Shown piece by piece: positions 18,596-27,162 of a stretch of 64,000 nt of DNA. A program made the translations under genes and the position numbers. Below the pieces are notes generated by a model. That model was not told where the DNA came from and did not search any database. It worked only from the letters and a program-made list of their open reading frames with translations. Source of the stretch: an uncultured Bdellovibrionales bacterium (lineage in GTDB: Bacteria > Patescibacteriota > Minisyncoccia > Moranbacterales > UBA1568); contig CAYTED010000007.1 in assembly GCA_964436855.1 (NCBI GenBank), positions 16,779 through 80,778 on the forward strand, in the 5' to 3' direction. How positions within the stretch are numbered: the stretch's first letter is position 1; the number at the start of each line of letters is the position of its first letter.

Positions 18596-19656
18596 ATGAT
18601 TATTGGCGCCCTTCTTGGCGAAGCTGGTGGTTTATTTCCTTTTGGGTATCCGACACGAAAAAGAATAATCGGGGTTTTCCCTTGAGATCTCGGGAAAAGT
18701 TCTTCAAGCTTTTCGATAGCCTCTTTTTGCCATTTTTGTTCTTGAAAGGACATCCTTCCGACTTTGAGCAACTCATTTATTTTTGTCCCTGCAAGACCGT
18801 ACAATGGCTGCACCGCCACTCCATTTTTTGCAAAAGAGAGCCAAATTCGCTCCAGCGCTCGCCCTCCGTCAATATAGGTTTTCCGAGCCGAGAAAGGCCC
18901 TTTCATCACAAGAAAGCCGATCGCTGAAGAATGCCTGACGAGATTTCGGCTATTTGACGACGAAATAAATCCCATCACTCGATACAATGCAGAAATTCTC
19001 TTTACGAGAGAAAAAAAGAAAGGGAAAAAATATTTTTTCCATCCAAGCCCCATGTGTTCCGGGTGAATGCCATCCTTTTCTTCATCATGAAAACGAAAAG
19101 AGTTCCCAATATGACGCCTGAGCGATATATTTCCCCACAAAAAGTTTTCAAACGAAGCTGCCAGTGAAGCAAAAGACTGTTTTTCTTTTTCGTGAATCAG
19201 CCACAGAATTTCTCCCTGAAAGGACTTGGCCTCGGTATCTGCAGCGGCAAGTATATCCTCCGAAACCTTTTCGTTTAAATATGCCCGGCGATCCGTTGAT
19301 CGTTTTCGAAGAGCCCCAAAAAGGGGGTCTTCCGGAACTCGCTTTTCACTTATACGAGCGGTAAACATTTTATCTCCTGTTTTTCCGGGGACAATATCGA
19401 CGTGTATGCCTCTTTCCGTTGCTGCAATTTTGAGATTCTCCGCCAGCGCTCCAAATGATATCGCATCACCCGGATAGAGCGGATTAATACGGAATAAGAC
19501 CCTATCCTCATCATCCTTGTCGACAAAAAAAACGTCTATTTTCTCCCGAGATACCTCGAAAATCCACGGATGCAAATTATCCCCGGATGGCGCGGTATTC
19601 GCAATTCGTATGATTCTTTCGTATGCATGCTTCCACTCCATATATTCTTTGGACAA
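18586..19656 (-). CDS. Nitroreductase-family FMN protein (Acg-like)
   Basis: APSGDNLHPW, RSTDRRAY, GRALERIWL, LFRVGY; overlaps the ThiF gene. Confidence 0.85.
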   Translation of the reverse strand: MSKEYMEWKHAYERIIRIANTAPSGDNLHPWIFEVSREKIDVFFVDKDDEDRVLFRINPLYPGDAISFGALAENLKIAATERGIHVDIVPGKTGDKMFTARISEKRVPEDPLFGALRKRSTDRRAYLNEKVSEDILAAADTEAKSFQGEILWLIHEKEKQSFASLAASFENFLWGNISLRRHIGNSFRFHDEEKDGIHPEHMGLGWKKYFFPFFFSLVKRISALYRVMGFISSSNSRNLVRHSSAIGFLVMKGPFSARKTYIDGGRALERIWLSFAKNGVAVQPLYGLAGTKINELLKVGRMSFQEQKWQKEAIEKLEELFPRSQGKTPIILFRVGYPKGNKPPASPRRAPIIIWK

Positions 19657-19713
19657 TACAATCAGTATACGATAAAATACTTCTTCTGAAAAAAATACTC
19701 TTTCAGACTCCCA

Positions 19714-21135
19714 TTATACCATCCGGAAATTTTTAAATTGCCATGGATCCGTTGCGTCGATATCTTCGGGAAACAGCCGGCTTCTTCCTTCAAGCGGTGT
19801 CCAATCGGCATATTCGCCAAAAACTTTTCCAAGATACGGTTTTGCTATTCGCAGAATTTCATCGTGCGGCATCTCGTCTGGTTCCATAATGCCGCATGTT
19901 GGATTTTTCATCGCCCATATGACCCCGGCAAGCACTCCAATGGCCACCTGAAGCGCGGTTGCCGAATTGTGTGGTGCAAGGCGCCTTGCTTCTTCAACCG
20001 AAAGGCGCGATCCATACCAATAAGTACCTTTTTTGTGCCCCATAAGAAGCACGCCAAGTTCATCCACGCCCGAAATTACCTCATCAGCAATGACGCGTTT
20101 TTCTTTTTGCAGCTCAAAATTATTTCCCTCAAATTCATGGACCGAAAGCACTGCATCATCGCAAGGATGATACGCATAATGCACCGTCGGCCGGTATGCC
20201 GGACATTCTCCCGATCCGATCGTAAGGTAATCCGCGATTGAAATCGATTCTCCATGCGTAATAAGAAATGCGTCCTGCGATCCGGCAAGTGGCACCCAGC
20301 TCCGAACGCGCGTCGACGCGCCCGGTCGACCGAGATATATCGCCGATCGACACCCAAAATCGAAACGTCGGCCATCATGCGGGAAGTGCTTCTCATGCGA
20401 ACCCCATCCGAGTTCGGATGGCTGACTCCCCTCACCTGTAAAACCATCAACCGACCAGGTATTTACAAATTCTCCATTGCGTTTTCGCGGATTTGAAATC
20501 TGTGTATCACGTTCAGCAATATGGATAACTTTTATCCCGATCTCCCGAGCAAGTATCGCCCATTCGGAACGCGTCTTTGGCTTTTCCCATTGATACCCCA
20601 CATCCTCGGCGATATGAAGAAGCGCTTTTTTCACAAAATGCGACACGAGCCCCGGATTCGCCCCATGCGTCAACACCGCAGTCGGTGCATTCTGGCCGTA
20701 TTGTTTCCGGAGCGAAAGCGCTGCTTCGCGTAACGCATAATTCGTTCGTTTTGCTTCCGGAATGGCACTGTCGGTATATCCACCCTCCCAGGGCTCAATC
20801 ACCGTATCAAGATACATCGCACCAACTTTCGCACCATAAGCAATAAGATCGATCGTCGAAACATCAACCGAGAGATTGACAATAAAATCCCCTCGGCTTA
20901 CATATTTTTTCAGTACAGAAAGATAATTGTCTTTTTTGAGCGGCTCAATATGAAACTCGATGCCATATTCTTCCGCTACATCCCTCCCTCGCTTGTCACT
21001 CGTTACAATAACGATTTGTTCTTTTGAGATATCAATATGCCGAAGAAGAAGCGGGAGCACCCCTTGTCCAACCGACCCGCATCCGATCATCACAATTTTT
21101 CCATCAAAACGAACTTCTTTTTTGTATCGCTGCAT
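19714..21135 (-). CDS. hss: Homospermidine synthase
   Basis: GCGSVG Rossmann motif, HGANPGLVSHF, IHIAERD, NTWSVDGF, ELGWGSHE, DPWQF. Confidence 0.95.
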   Translation of the reverse strand: MQRYKKEVRFDGKIVMIGCGSVGQGVLPLLLRHIDISKEQIVIVTSDKRGRDVAEEYGIEFHIEPLKKDNYLSVLKKYVSRGDFIVNLSVDVSTIDLIAYGAKVGAMYLDTVIEPWEGGYTDSAIPEAKRTNYALREAALSLRKQYGQNAPTAVLTHGANPGLVSHFVKKALLHIAEDVGYQWEKPKTRSEWAILAREIGIKVIHIAERDTQISNPRKRNGEFVNTWSVDGFTGEGSQPSELGWGSHEKHFPHDGRRFDFGCRSAIYLGRPGASTRVRSWVPLAGSQDAFLITHGESISIADYLTIGSGECPAYRPTVHYAYHPCDDAVLSVHEFEGNNFELQKEKRVIADEVISGVDELGVLLMGHKKGTYWYGSRLSVEEARRLAPHNSATALQVAIGVLAGVIWAMKNPTCGIMEPDEMPHDEILRIAKPYLGKVFGEYADWTPLEGRSRLFPEDIDATDPWQFKNFRMV

Positions 21136-21391
21136 TATTTTTCAGAATTATCGTATTATTTTCAACCAAGAAGAGCTTAGGAGTCTGCTGGAAAAGCTAT
21201 TTTCGTCACAAAATTTTGGAATTGCAGTAGAAAGTGAACTTTTCAACAGGCCCTTAAACTTCCCTCTGTGCAGCATACGGAAATTGAAAATTTTTGCAAG
21301 ACCACCCGCAAGCGACGTGCCAAGAATCCTGATTCATTCTATGATTCCTTCAGGGATTCTCTCACTCTTCACTCTTCACCTCTTCAAAAAT

Positions 21392-21772
21392 ATGAAAATT
21401 TCCCTCTTCGGAAATCAGGATCTCGATTTCGACAACCTGCCCCATCGGCTCCAATCTGGACTCGAACAAGCATTTCCAAATCTCTCTTTCATCGAAGAAG
21501 ATCCTCACGAACTCGACCTCCCGATCCGCGACCAAAATTGGATTATTATAGATACTGTCCGCGGACTCTCAAGGGTCACAATGCTTTCCGTCGACGATAT
21601 CGCGAAGCCAAATACCCGTGTAACGGCGCACGACTTCGATCTTACCGCTTTTCTCCTTTTTGCGAAAAAACTCGATCCGGCTCTTTCCGTTCGTATTATC
21701 GGGATCCCAATGGGCTACGACGAACAAAAAGCCCTCGAAGAAACCATTTTTCTTCTGAAATCTTTCGTGTAG
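21392..21772 (+). CDS. Hydrogenase maturation protease-like protein
   Basis: FGNQDLDFD, IIIDTV and TAHD motifs of the HycI/HybD fold, adjacent to the hydrogenase. Confidence 0.72.
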   Translation: MKISLFGNQDLDFDNLPHRLQSGLEQAFPNLSFIEEDPHELDLPIRDQNWIIIDTVRGLSRVTMLSVDDIAKPNTRVTAHDFDLTAFLLFAKKLDPALSVRIIGIPMGYDEQKALEETIFLLKSFV

Positions 21773-21819
21773 TTCTTATTCTCTCCATCCTTTCTTTTCA
21801 CCGGAAAAGAAAGGATGCA

Positions 21820-22150
21820 AACCCGCCTGCAACGCCTGTGCGTAGCACTGCGGGCAGGGAAAACTCTCTCCCTGCACTGCGCTTTGAAGGATATCCTCCT
21901 TGCTCCATCCTCGAATCTCGTGGCGCTTCGCTTCTTCCTGTCGATTCGATCCCTCGATTCTGCTTCGGAGGATATCCGGACAAAGCCTCGCTTGCGGTCG
22001 ATTCTTTCTCTTTCTTTCTCTCGTCCGTAAGTGGAGCTTTGATACAGATGCGAGATGAAGTGAAGCGTTCTGAAAGACACCTTCCGTAAGCAGGAAGCGA
22101 AGCGGCTCACGGAAGGTGAGCGGAACGAATCCGCATCTTTCAAAGCGGAA
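21820..22150. repeat. Palindrome-rich intergenic element(s)
   Basis: Several nested inverted repeats, e.g. GGATATCCTCC 21889-21899 / GGAGGATATCC 21967-21977, and CACCTTCCGT...ACGGAAGGTG. Confidence 0.55.
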
Positions 22151-22256
22151 TGCAGGACGACGCTTTTCTTTTATTCCTTTCTTTGTGCGCACAAAGAAAG
22201 GGGAATGTTTTTATGGTTAAAAGAAAGAATGAATCAGAGTATTTGTTTAAAAAAAG

Positions 22257-22286
22257 AAAAAATCCCGAACCGTATCGGGATTTTTT
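22257..22286. terminator. Bidirectional terminator downstream of the hydrogenase large subunit
   Basis: AAAAAATCCCGA-ACCGTA-TCGGGATTTTTT. Confidence 0.8.
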
Positions 22287-22305
22287 CGTTATTCAATATC
22301 CACTC

Positions 22306-23625
22306 TCACATCTCTCTATCCTTTTCCCCCTCCTTCCACTCTACATCGAGAAAGTGCGACGCGCAGCTCATACACGGATCGTATGCACGGATGATTCGTT
22401 CGCAGCCGAGCGCGAGCGCTTCGCGGTCCATCGAAAGATTATCATTGATATAATCTTTCAAGTCGTACTCGATCGTAATCTGATTCTGCCCCGTCGGAAC
22501 GATAATTTCTCCTTCAACCACGATGCCGTTTTCATCGACTTCGAGTTTGTGGTAAAGCGTTCCTCGAGGTGCCTCGATCACTCCAACGCCAATCCCTGCT
22601 TTTTTCGGGAGTGCGATCGGTTTTTCTTCGACAAAATTTGCACTTTCAAGAAGATCAATTGCCTGATCCACCGAATGGAGAATGGCGATTGCTTGGGCAA
22701 GATTATTATGAAACACATCGTCCGATGGGAATTTTTCCAACGCATCTTTCGCATCACGTTTCGTGTTCGAATGAAGCGCGTCGCGATTGAGGTTCATTCG
22801 CGCGAGCGCGCCTACTCGGTACGGCTTCCCCTTGTACGCATATCCGCTCGCTTCCGAATACGGGATCACCACGTGTTCAAGGTGCTTTCGATAGTCCGCT
22901 TCTTCCGCGACCAATCCTTCCGAGTCGTGAATTTTTCCTTCGAGATACGAGAAATCCGGCGACACGAGCGCAAAATAATTCGACTCGCGCACGAATGAGA
23001 GCGGACTATTCAGAAATACTTGGATAAGCCGAAGCACCGCCGGACGAATCGATTTTAATTCTTCGATAATCGCGCCTTTCCCATTCATATCCGGCGTTTT
23101 TGCAAATCCTCCCGCCATCACGAATGGCGCGTGTACCGATCGTCCGCCCGTATAAATCGCCAAGTGATTCCCCGCTGCTTTTACCGCAAACGCGTCGTGC
23201 AACAAGTCATGTTGAATCGGATCATTCTCATCGAATTCAAGAAAAGAATCCTTCCCAAACAAATCCGGCATCGCGAAGATATACAAGTGAAGCGCGTGAT
23301 CGCGAATAATAAGCCCATGATAGAGAAGGTTTCGGAGCAGCATCGTCTGATCCGACGGCGTTACGCCAAGCGTCCGCTCCACCGCTTCGACGGAGGCGAG
23401 GATATGCGCATTGGAACACGTACCGCAGACACGCGCCAAAAGCTGCGGAATCGTCGATACCGGTTTCCCCTTGATCGCCTCGGTATAGAACCGCTTGAAT
23501 TCCTTGATGGAAAATTTTACGGACTCGACCTTGCCGTCTTTCAATTCAACATCGAGTCCGGCGGCGCCTTCGACCTTGGTGATTTCTTCGATCGAAAATC
23601 GGCTCATTTCGGATATTTGGTGCAT
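22306..23625 (-). CDS. [NiFe] hydrogenase large (alpha) subunit, group 3b-like
   Basis: TKVEG, L1 RVCGTC, EAPRGTLYH, L2 DPCMSCASH plus a cleavable C-terminal extension. Confidence 0.93.
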   Translation of the reverse strand: MHQISEMSRFSIEEITKVEGAAGLDVELKDGKVESVKFSIKEFKRFYTEAIKGKPVSTIPQLLARVCGTCSNAHILASVEAVERTLGVTPSDQTMLLRNLLYHGLIIRDHALHLYIFAMPDLFGKDSFLEFDENDPIQHDLLHDAFAVKAAGNHLAIYTGGRSVHAPFVMAGGFAKTPDMNGKGAIIEELKSIRPAVLRLIQVFLNSPLSFVRESNYFALVSPDFSYLEGKIHDSEGLVAEEADYRKHLEHVVIPYSEASGYAYKGKPYRVGALARMNLNRDALHSNTKRDAKDALEKFPSDDVFHNNLAQAIAILHSVDQAIDLLESANFVEEKPIALPKKAGIGVGVIEAPRGTLYHKLEVDENGIVVEGEIIVPTGQNQITIEYDLKDYINDNLSMDREALALGCERIIRAYDPCMSCASHFLDVEWKEGEKDREM

Positions 23626-23666
23626 ATTTTTCGAATTTTTTGATTACGAATTTCGAATGGAAAAAT

Positions 23667-24173
23667 TTATTTTTTCACTTCCGGAAGCGGGATATTGAAT
23701 TCGACGAGTGCGTCGTTTACCACTTTCAAGAACGCTTCTTCCGCCATCGGACAACCCGGAACCGACGCATCGATCGTGATGATCTCGTCTAGCTTCTTCA
23801 CCTTTTCTCCGTAATGAAATTTATCGAGAATAAACGCGATATCTTCCCGCTGTTCCTCGCCAAACGAATTCCGATGCGCCGACGGCATCCCCGTAATCGC
23901 ACACGCGCCGATCGCGACGATTTTCTTCGCGAGCCGCCGAATTTCTTTCAATTTCTCTTCTTGCTCCGGCGCCGTAATCGCACCCTCGACAAACGCGACA
24001 TCCATCTCATCCATCACGTTCTTCGTTTTCAACACCCGCGCATTTCGAATATCAAGCACTTCCTTCCACACCATATAGTGATCGTTCAGAAGCTCCGTAA
24101 ACATCACCGTACTATCCTCACAACACGTGAACGAAAACCATCCAATCCGCAGTTTTTTCTTTTGTTCGGACAT
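23667..24173 (-). CDS. [NiFe] hydrogenase small (delta) subunit, short form
   Basis: FTCCEDS, VEGAI, IGACA, VPGCP; only the proximal-cluster domain is present. Confidence 0.88.
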   Translation of the reverse strand: MSEQKKKLRIGWFSFTCCEDSTVMFTELLNDHYMVWKEVLDIRNARVLKTKNVMDEMDVAFVEGAITAPEQEEKLKEIRRLAKKIVAIGACAITGMPSAHRNSFGEEQREDIAFILDKFHYGEKVKKLDEIITIDASVPGCPMAEEAFLKVVNDALVEFNIPLPEVKK

Positions 24174-24444
24174 AGAAAAAAATTATCTCTTATTCACAAC
24201 TGCAGTATACCCTAAAAAAACCAAGAAAAAAAACCGCAGCATATCGTCGCGGATAAACCCAACTCGAAAGCACAAAAGAAAATGAACTTGGAAATAGTGT
24301 ATCAAATTAAAAGAGTGAATTTAAAAGACCCGCCCTTCCCGGACTGGTCTTCTTCATTTTCTAAAATTCTACTCTCTTATTTCTATACTCTCACCCGCCT
24401 ATATCCCTTCGGGAAGTATGGCGGACAAGCCTCTTACTTCCTTA

Positions 24445-25260
24445 CTATAACCGATCCTTTCCGAGAATCACAAGGATGTCCGCCTCCGGCTTCGGCTCAC
24501 CGTCCGGCAACGGCACAACTTCCGCGGCATACTCTGTCGCGAGCTTCTTCGCGAGTTCGGAAAATGCTCCGCTCACATCCACCACGATCGTTTTCTCATA
24601 CACCCCTTCGGCAATCACCTCCTCCTTCACCGACAATTCGCTCCCATATTTCACCGCAAGTTCTCCGTCGTATTGTTTCGCAAGACCTCGCTTTTCAGTG
24701 CCATTTGACACGACGATTTCGGCGATTTTGGAAACTTCTTCCGGAAGCGACGTATGTTCTTCCAAAACCTGCTCGTTTGTTGTACCGGCAACTTCTCCCG
24801 TTTCGGCGGGCGATAGACTTGGCGCTGTTTTACTATCGATATTTATAATCGTCATATCAACCACCTTCTTCGTACTCGGTCGATAGAGAAACGCTTTTCT
24901 TGCTTCGGGATACAAAAGCACCTTATCGCCGTTTTCCGCCTTTCGAAAAAAACTCTGTCCGGAAAGTTTTGTTTTATCGGTTACTGTCGCGATAGTCGGC
25001 GCCTCCCCTTCCGGAAGTTCGATAGACTTTCCAATCGTTTCCAGAATAATATTCGTATCGGACTTGGACGCTTCTGTCAGCACCTGCCGATACCGTGCAT
25101 AAAAATATCCGGACGAAACAACCGCGCCTCCCAAAAGAAGCAAGAAAAAAGACTTCCATACAATATTCACAGAAAATCCTCCCCGAATCTTCTCCGGAAC
25201 ATTTTCAACCATTTCAACCTCCTCTTTCTTTTTGAAAAACATAATCTTATATCTTTTCAA
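24445..25260 (-). CDS. Membrane-anchored protein with LytR C-terminal-like domain (paralog 1)
   Basis: TM helix, PTIATVTD...AENGDKVLLY...LYRPS domain, then NGT..GLA...ADILVILGKD. Confidence 0.8.
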   Translation of the reverse strand: MKRYKIMFFKKKEEVEMVENVPEKIRGGFSVNIVWKSFFLLLLGGAVVSSGYFYARYRQVLTEASKSDTNIILETIGKSIELPEGEAPTIATVTDKTKLSGQSFFRKAENGDKVLLYPEARKAFLYRPSTKKVVDMTIINIDSKTAPSLSPAETGEVAGTTNEQVLEEHTSLPEEVSKIAEIVVSNGTEKRGLAKQYDGELAVKYGSELSVKEEVIAEGVYEKTIVVDVSGAFSELAKKLATEYAAEVVPLPDGEPKPEADILVILGKDRL

Positions 25261-25275
25261 TTACGTATATGCGAT

Positions 25276-26118
25276 TTATTGATTTCCGACAATCACCAAG
25301 ACGTCCGCATCGGGAGAAATTTCTCCTTCCGGAAGCGATGGCATCAGTGTTCCTCCGACTGTTTGCGCGATATTTTTCAGAATATCGTTCGCCATGTCGG
25401 AAAAGCCGATTACGAGAACTCCCTGATAATTGTCGTATGCCGCTTTTTCGCTCCTCCGAATGTTCCACTCCGGGTATGCTTGAGAAATCAAGTTCTCAAG
25501 CGAAGCGACGACGGAAGCGTCTTTGGCGCCGTTATAGATCGCAATGGTTGGCTTTTCTTTGTTTTCGGAAACACTTTTTTCCCCAAGAACCACTCCCTCG
25601 CTTGTCTGCGGTCGATCTTTCGCGATATCTTTCCCGGATTGAGCGGCGGCATTTTCCGTTTCGATATCAACTGTCGTTACATCGATTATTTTCCCTGTTG
25701 ATGGCCGATAGAGAACCGCCCGACCGCCATCGCCATAGAGAAGAATTTTATCACCATTCTCCGCACGCTTGAAAAAAGGCTGGTCATCGAGCTTATTTTT
25801 ATTTGTAACGGTGGCAACCGTAGGAATCCCGTTCGGCAATTCCATTATTCTACCGACCTTTTTCACGAGTTTTTCAAGTTCTTTCTCGTCCGAAACTTGT
25901 TTCGATTGATTCTGAAAATAAAAAATTGTTCCGATCGCAAGCAGAGACACAAACATAGCAAGTGCAACCAAACGCCCCTTCTTTTTTGAAAACGATCGAA
26001 AAGCAGTCGGCGGAAATTCGATAGGAGTCGCTTCCCGCAGAACATCGGATTGACCCAAAAGAGCGTCCTCTATCTTTTTTTTTCGACGAGAAGATTTTAT
26101 TTGTTTCTGTTCAGGCAT
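25276..26118 (-). CDS. Membrane-anchored LytR_C-like protein (paralog 2)
   Basis: Same architecture: PTVATVT, AENGDKILLY, LYRPS, ADVLVIVG. Confidence 0.8.
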   Translation of the reverse strand: MPEQKQIKSSRRKKKIEDALLGQSDVLREATPIEFPPTAFRSFSKKKGRLVALAMFVSLLAIGTIFYFQNQSKQVSDEKELEKLVKKVGRIMELPNGIPTVATVTNKNKLDDQPFFKRAENGDKILLYGDGGRAVLYRPSTGKIIDVTTVDIETENAAAQSGKDIAKDRPQTSEGVVLGEKSVSENKEKPTIAIYNGAKDASVVASLENLISQAYPEWNIRRSEKAAYDNYQGVLVIGFSDMANDILKNIAQTVGGTLMPSLPEGEISPDADVLVIVGNQ

Positions 26119-26129
26119 AGTGTACGCCG

Positions 26130-26309
26130 CTAGAAAAAGAATATCGGAAGTATTCTCATGGAAATTCCGCTTACAAGAAACGCGAGCAGAAACGCCTGAT
26201 CAAAAAAGAGGAAGAAATTTCTATTTCCCGTCGATGCGGCCGCCGTGGAGAGGGCGATATCAAACGTCCCCGAACCATTGTCCCGAAGCTCAATATCCGC
26301 AAATGCCAT
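26130..26309 (-). CDS. Small 59-aa hypothetical protein (not in ORF track)
   Basis: Manual translation MAFADIELRDNGSGTFDIALSTAAASTGNRNFFLFFDQAFLLAFLVSGISMRILPIFFF; co-oriented and fills the gap, ending 11 nt before the next start. Confidence 0.6.
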   Translation of the reverse strand: MAFADIELRDNGSGTFDIALSTAAASTGNRNFFLFFDQAFLLAFLVSGISMRILPIFFF

Positions 26310-26372
26310 ACGTTATTTTCAGTTAAAACGCTTCTCTATGATACCACACCCCTTCAATCTCAAAGAAACTTT

Positions 26373-27137
26373 TCAATGCTCCGCGCTTCCAACGATCACC
26401 AGGATATCGGCATCTTCCGAGTTTATATTTTCTTCCGCGGGAAGCGTCGTAGCCGTCGCTCCAAGAAACGTCGAAAGATTTTTGACCGCCTTGTCGTTTT
26501 CTCCGGTAACGTCGACTACCATTGTATCGATATATGATGTGCTTGCTTTTTTCTCGAGTACGATATTGATCTTGGGAAAACGTTCTTCTAACGTCTTTTT
26601 TAGCGCATTCGCCCGTCCGTAAGAACCGTCAAATATCGCGATGCGTATCGATTTTGTAATCGCGCTTTCAAACGATTGAGCGACCTCTTGCGGATTCTCG
26701 GGCTGAAATTCCGGCGAACTTTCTTGATTGTTTACCGGCGTCACTTTCTTTTGAAACTCCCCCTCCGACGACGATACCGCGTTGATATTCACCGAAGAAA
26801 TATCTACCAACTTCCCCTTACTTGGACGATAAAGAAACGCTCGTCCCGCATTTCTATACACGAGCACCTGATCGCCGACTTCAGCTCGATCGAAAAAATT
26901 CTGTCCCGAAAACCGTTTCAAATCATCGATAGTAAAAAATAACGGGTCTTCTTCTGTCGGTATATCGACAATCTTTTTTATTTTTTCGGTCACGGTTCGG
27001 ATATTTCGCGCTTCGATTTCTTCCGGAAGCAATCGGTATTCCCTATAAAAATACCAGGCGCTCGCCGCCGCCGAAAAAAGAATGATTCCCTGCAAAAGCA
27101 GGCTTTTCCAAGCGCTTCCAAACATACCTTCTTTCAT
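26373..27137 (-). CDS. Membrane-anchored LytR_C-like protein (paralog 3)
   Basis: AEVGDQVLVY, LYRPS, ADILVIVG. Confidence 0.8.
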   Translation of the reverse strand: MKEGMFGSAWKSLLLQGIILFSAAASAWYFYREYRLLPEEIEARNIRTVTEKIKKIVDIPTEEDPLFFTIDDLKRFSGQNFFDRAEVGDQVLVYRNAGRAFLYRPSKGKLVDISSVNINAVSSSEGEFQKKVTPVNNQESSPEFQPENPQEVAQSFESAITKSIRIAIFDGSYGRANALKKTLEERFPKINIVLEKKASTSYIDTMVVDVTGENDKAVKNLSTFLGATATTLPAEENINSEDADILVIVGSAEH

Positions 27138-27162
27138 AATTCAGATTTCTCTTTATCGGAAT

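Noticed and set aside
17711-19656. RiPP (microcin C or azole-type) cluster
   Set aside because: No YcaO, precursor peptide or RRE was recognised; the FeeM-like and ACP neighbours point to acyl chemistry.
21715-22192. Overlapping 138-142 aa ORFs
   Set aside because: Arg/Ser-rich translations of palindromic DNA with no family motifs.
23667-24173. Hydrogenase as the Tat substrate
   Set aside because: The small subunit has no twin-arginine signal, and group 3b-like enzymes are cytoplasmic.
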